DNA of 63,897 nt, counting the filler, from Reticulomyxa filosa (Eukaryota > Protista > Foraminifera), in assembly GCA_000512085.1 (NCBI GenBank). It is 12 parts of 12 records of this genome, joined end to end, with 100 filler letters (N's around TTAATTAATTAA, not from the genome) between each part and the next. Parts side by side here need not be neighbours in the genome. Positions count along the whole stretch, not along the records: positions 62,433 to 63,897 come from ASPP01035526.1; 11 more parts are not named here. One strand, given 5' to 3'. Position numbers and translations under genes: made by a program. Under the pieces are notes generated by a model. That model did no database searches and was not told the origin of the DNA. It worked only from the letters and a program-made list of their open reading frames with translations. This document shows positions 62,961 to 63,897 of this stretch, piece by piece (positions within the stretch are counted from its first letter, which is position 1; every line of letters begins with the position of its first letter).

Positions 62961-63897
62961 TTCATATGCGTTTAACTCATTCAAGTCGGAAGTTGCACAA
63001 ATTTCTCTTAATTTTTCGTGTGCGTCAGAATAAATTTGATTGCAATTTTTCCATATTTGTGATATTGTTGTTTTTTCAAGTTGCGTACCAAAAGATTGAA
63101 ATAAATTCATTAAATATTGTTGTTGTTGTAAATTGATGCTGTATTAAAATATATAATGCAACGATTGTCAAAAAAACATATAATTATTACAAAAGGAGAA
63201 AAAAAAATAAGTAGAAATCTATTGTTACGTGTTTTTTGTTAGCCAAGTTAAAACATCTTTTATCTTATCGGCATTTCCATTACACTTCTTACATGCCTTT
63301 ACGACAACCTCTTCAGCTATGTTGGGAAATGTTTGTTGAAGTTTTGCGAGCATAATGATGAAGTAAATCCTTTTTTTTATTTTGAAAGTTCGACTTATTT
63401 AGAAATTTACAAAAAAAAATTTGATTCGTTTAAAGGATAAGCAAATGATAATATGCATGATACGAGAATAGTGTTATTGTTCATGCATAAAAATTTGTTG
63501 TATGAGTGTTTTTATGAACCTTTTTTCATAAACACACGAAACAACATTTAAAAAAACTCTTGTCGACTCCAAAAAAAAATTGTTTACAAGTAAATAAAAA
63601 ATTTTGTGTTGAAAACGCTTGATTTTAAATTGAAGTGATATTGAAGCACAATTGTTTTGAAATTTTGTGTTTCCTTTCGACATAGTCAATGTGTGGATTA
63701 CAAACACGAAAGTAATTTATGATATAGCTTACTATTGAATATTAAAAAGAACAAAAGTAATATCATTCAATTGATGAAATTAAAAAATATTGTGAAAATA
63801 CAATTTAGGTCAAAATAATAATGATAGAAAAAATTTAATTTTATTGTTGTTATTACTTTGCATCAAAGGAAATATCTTATATTCAATTCATTTATTT

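Overview
AT-rich, intron-rich eukaryotic draft-genome DNA in the standard genetic code. It is 12 contig pieces joined by 11 artificial 100-bp spacers (44 N + TTAATTAATTAA + 44 N). The expanded RING/TRAF-Zn+WD40, Kelch and PUB-like families, the (TA)n/homopolymer introns and the Asn/acidic tracts suggest a rhizarian protist, probably the foraminiferan Reticulomyxa filosa (inference, not verified). Recognisable genes: pirin; a giant PT-repeat mucin-like membrane protein; STRIP/FAR11; SAS-6; anoctamin/TMEM16; PH, PDZ-C2, FYVE and ankyrin proteins; and an FAH fragment. Debris includes a Ty3/gypsy integrase remnant, several Tc1 (DD34E-like) remnants and family pseudogenes. Main candidates for novelty: (1) a 7-TM protein with insect odorant/gustatory-receptor-superfamily (7TMIC/GRL/DUF3537-like) topology, head-to-head with SAS-6; (2) a 2-TM DEG/ENaC/PAC-like channel in the same ~11 kb as the GRL and TMEM16; (3) a CCDC61/SAS-6/XRCC4-type head + coiled coil + C1q/TNF-like fusion; (4) a divergent pair of MIEAP-like-domain paralogs; (5) a TRAF7-like/Kelch/LRR birth-and-death compartment. 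All homology calls come from motif recognition by eye, not database searches, and exon boundaries are approximate.
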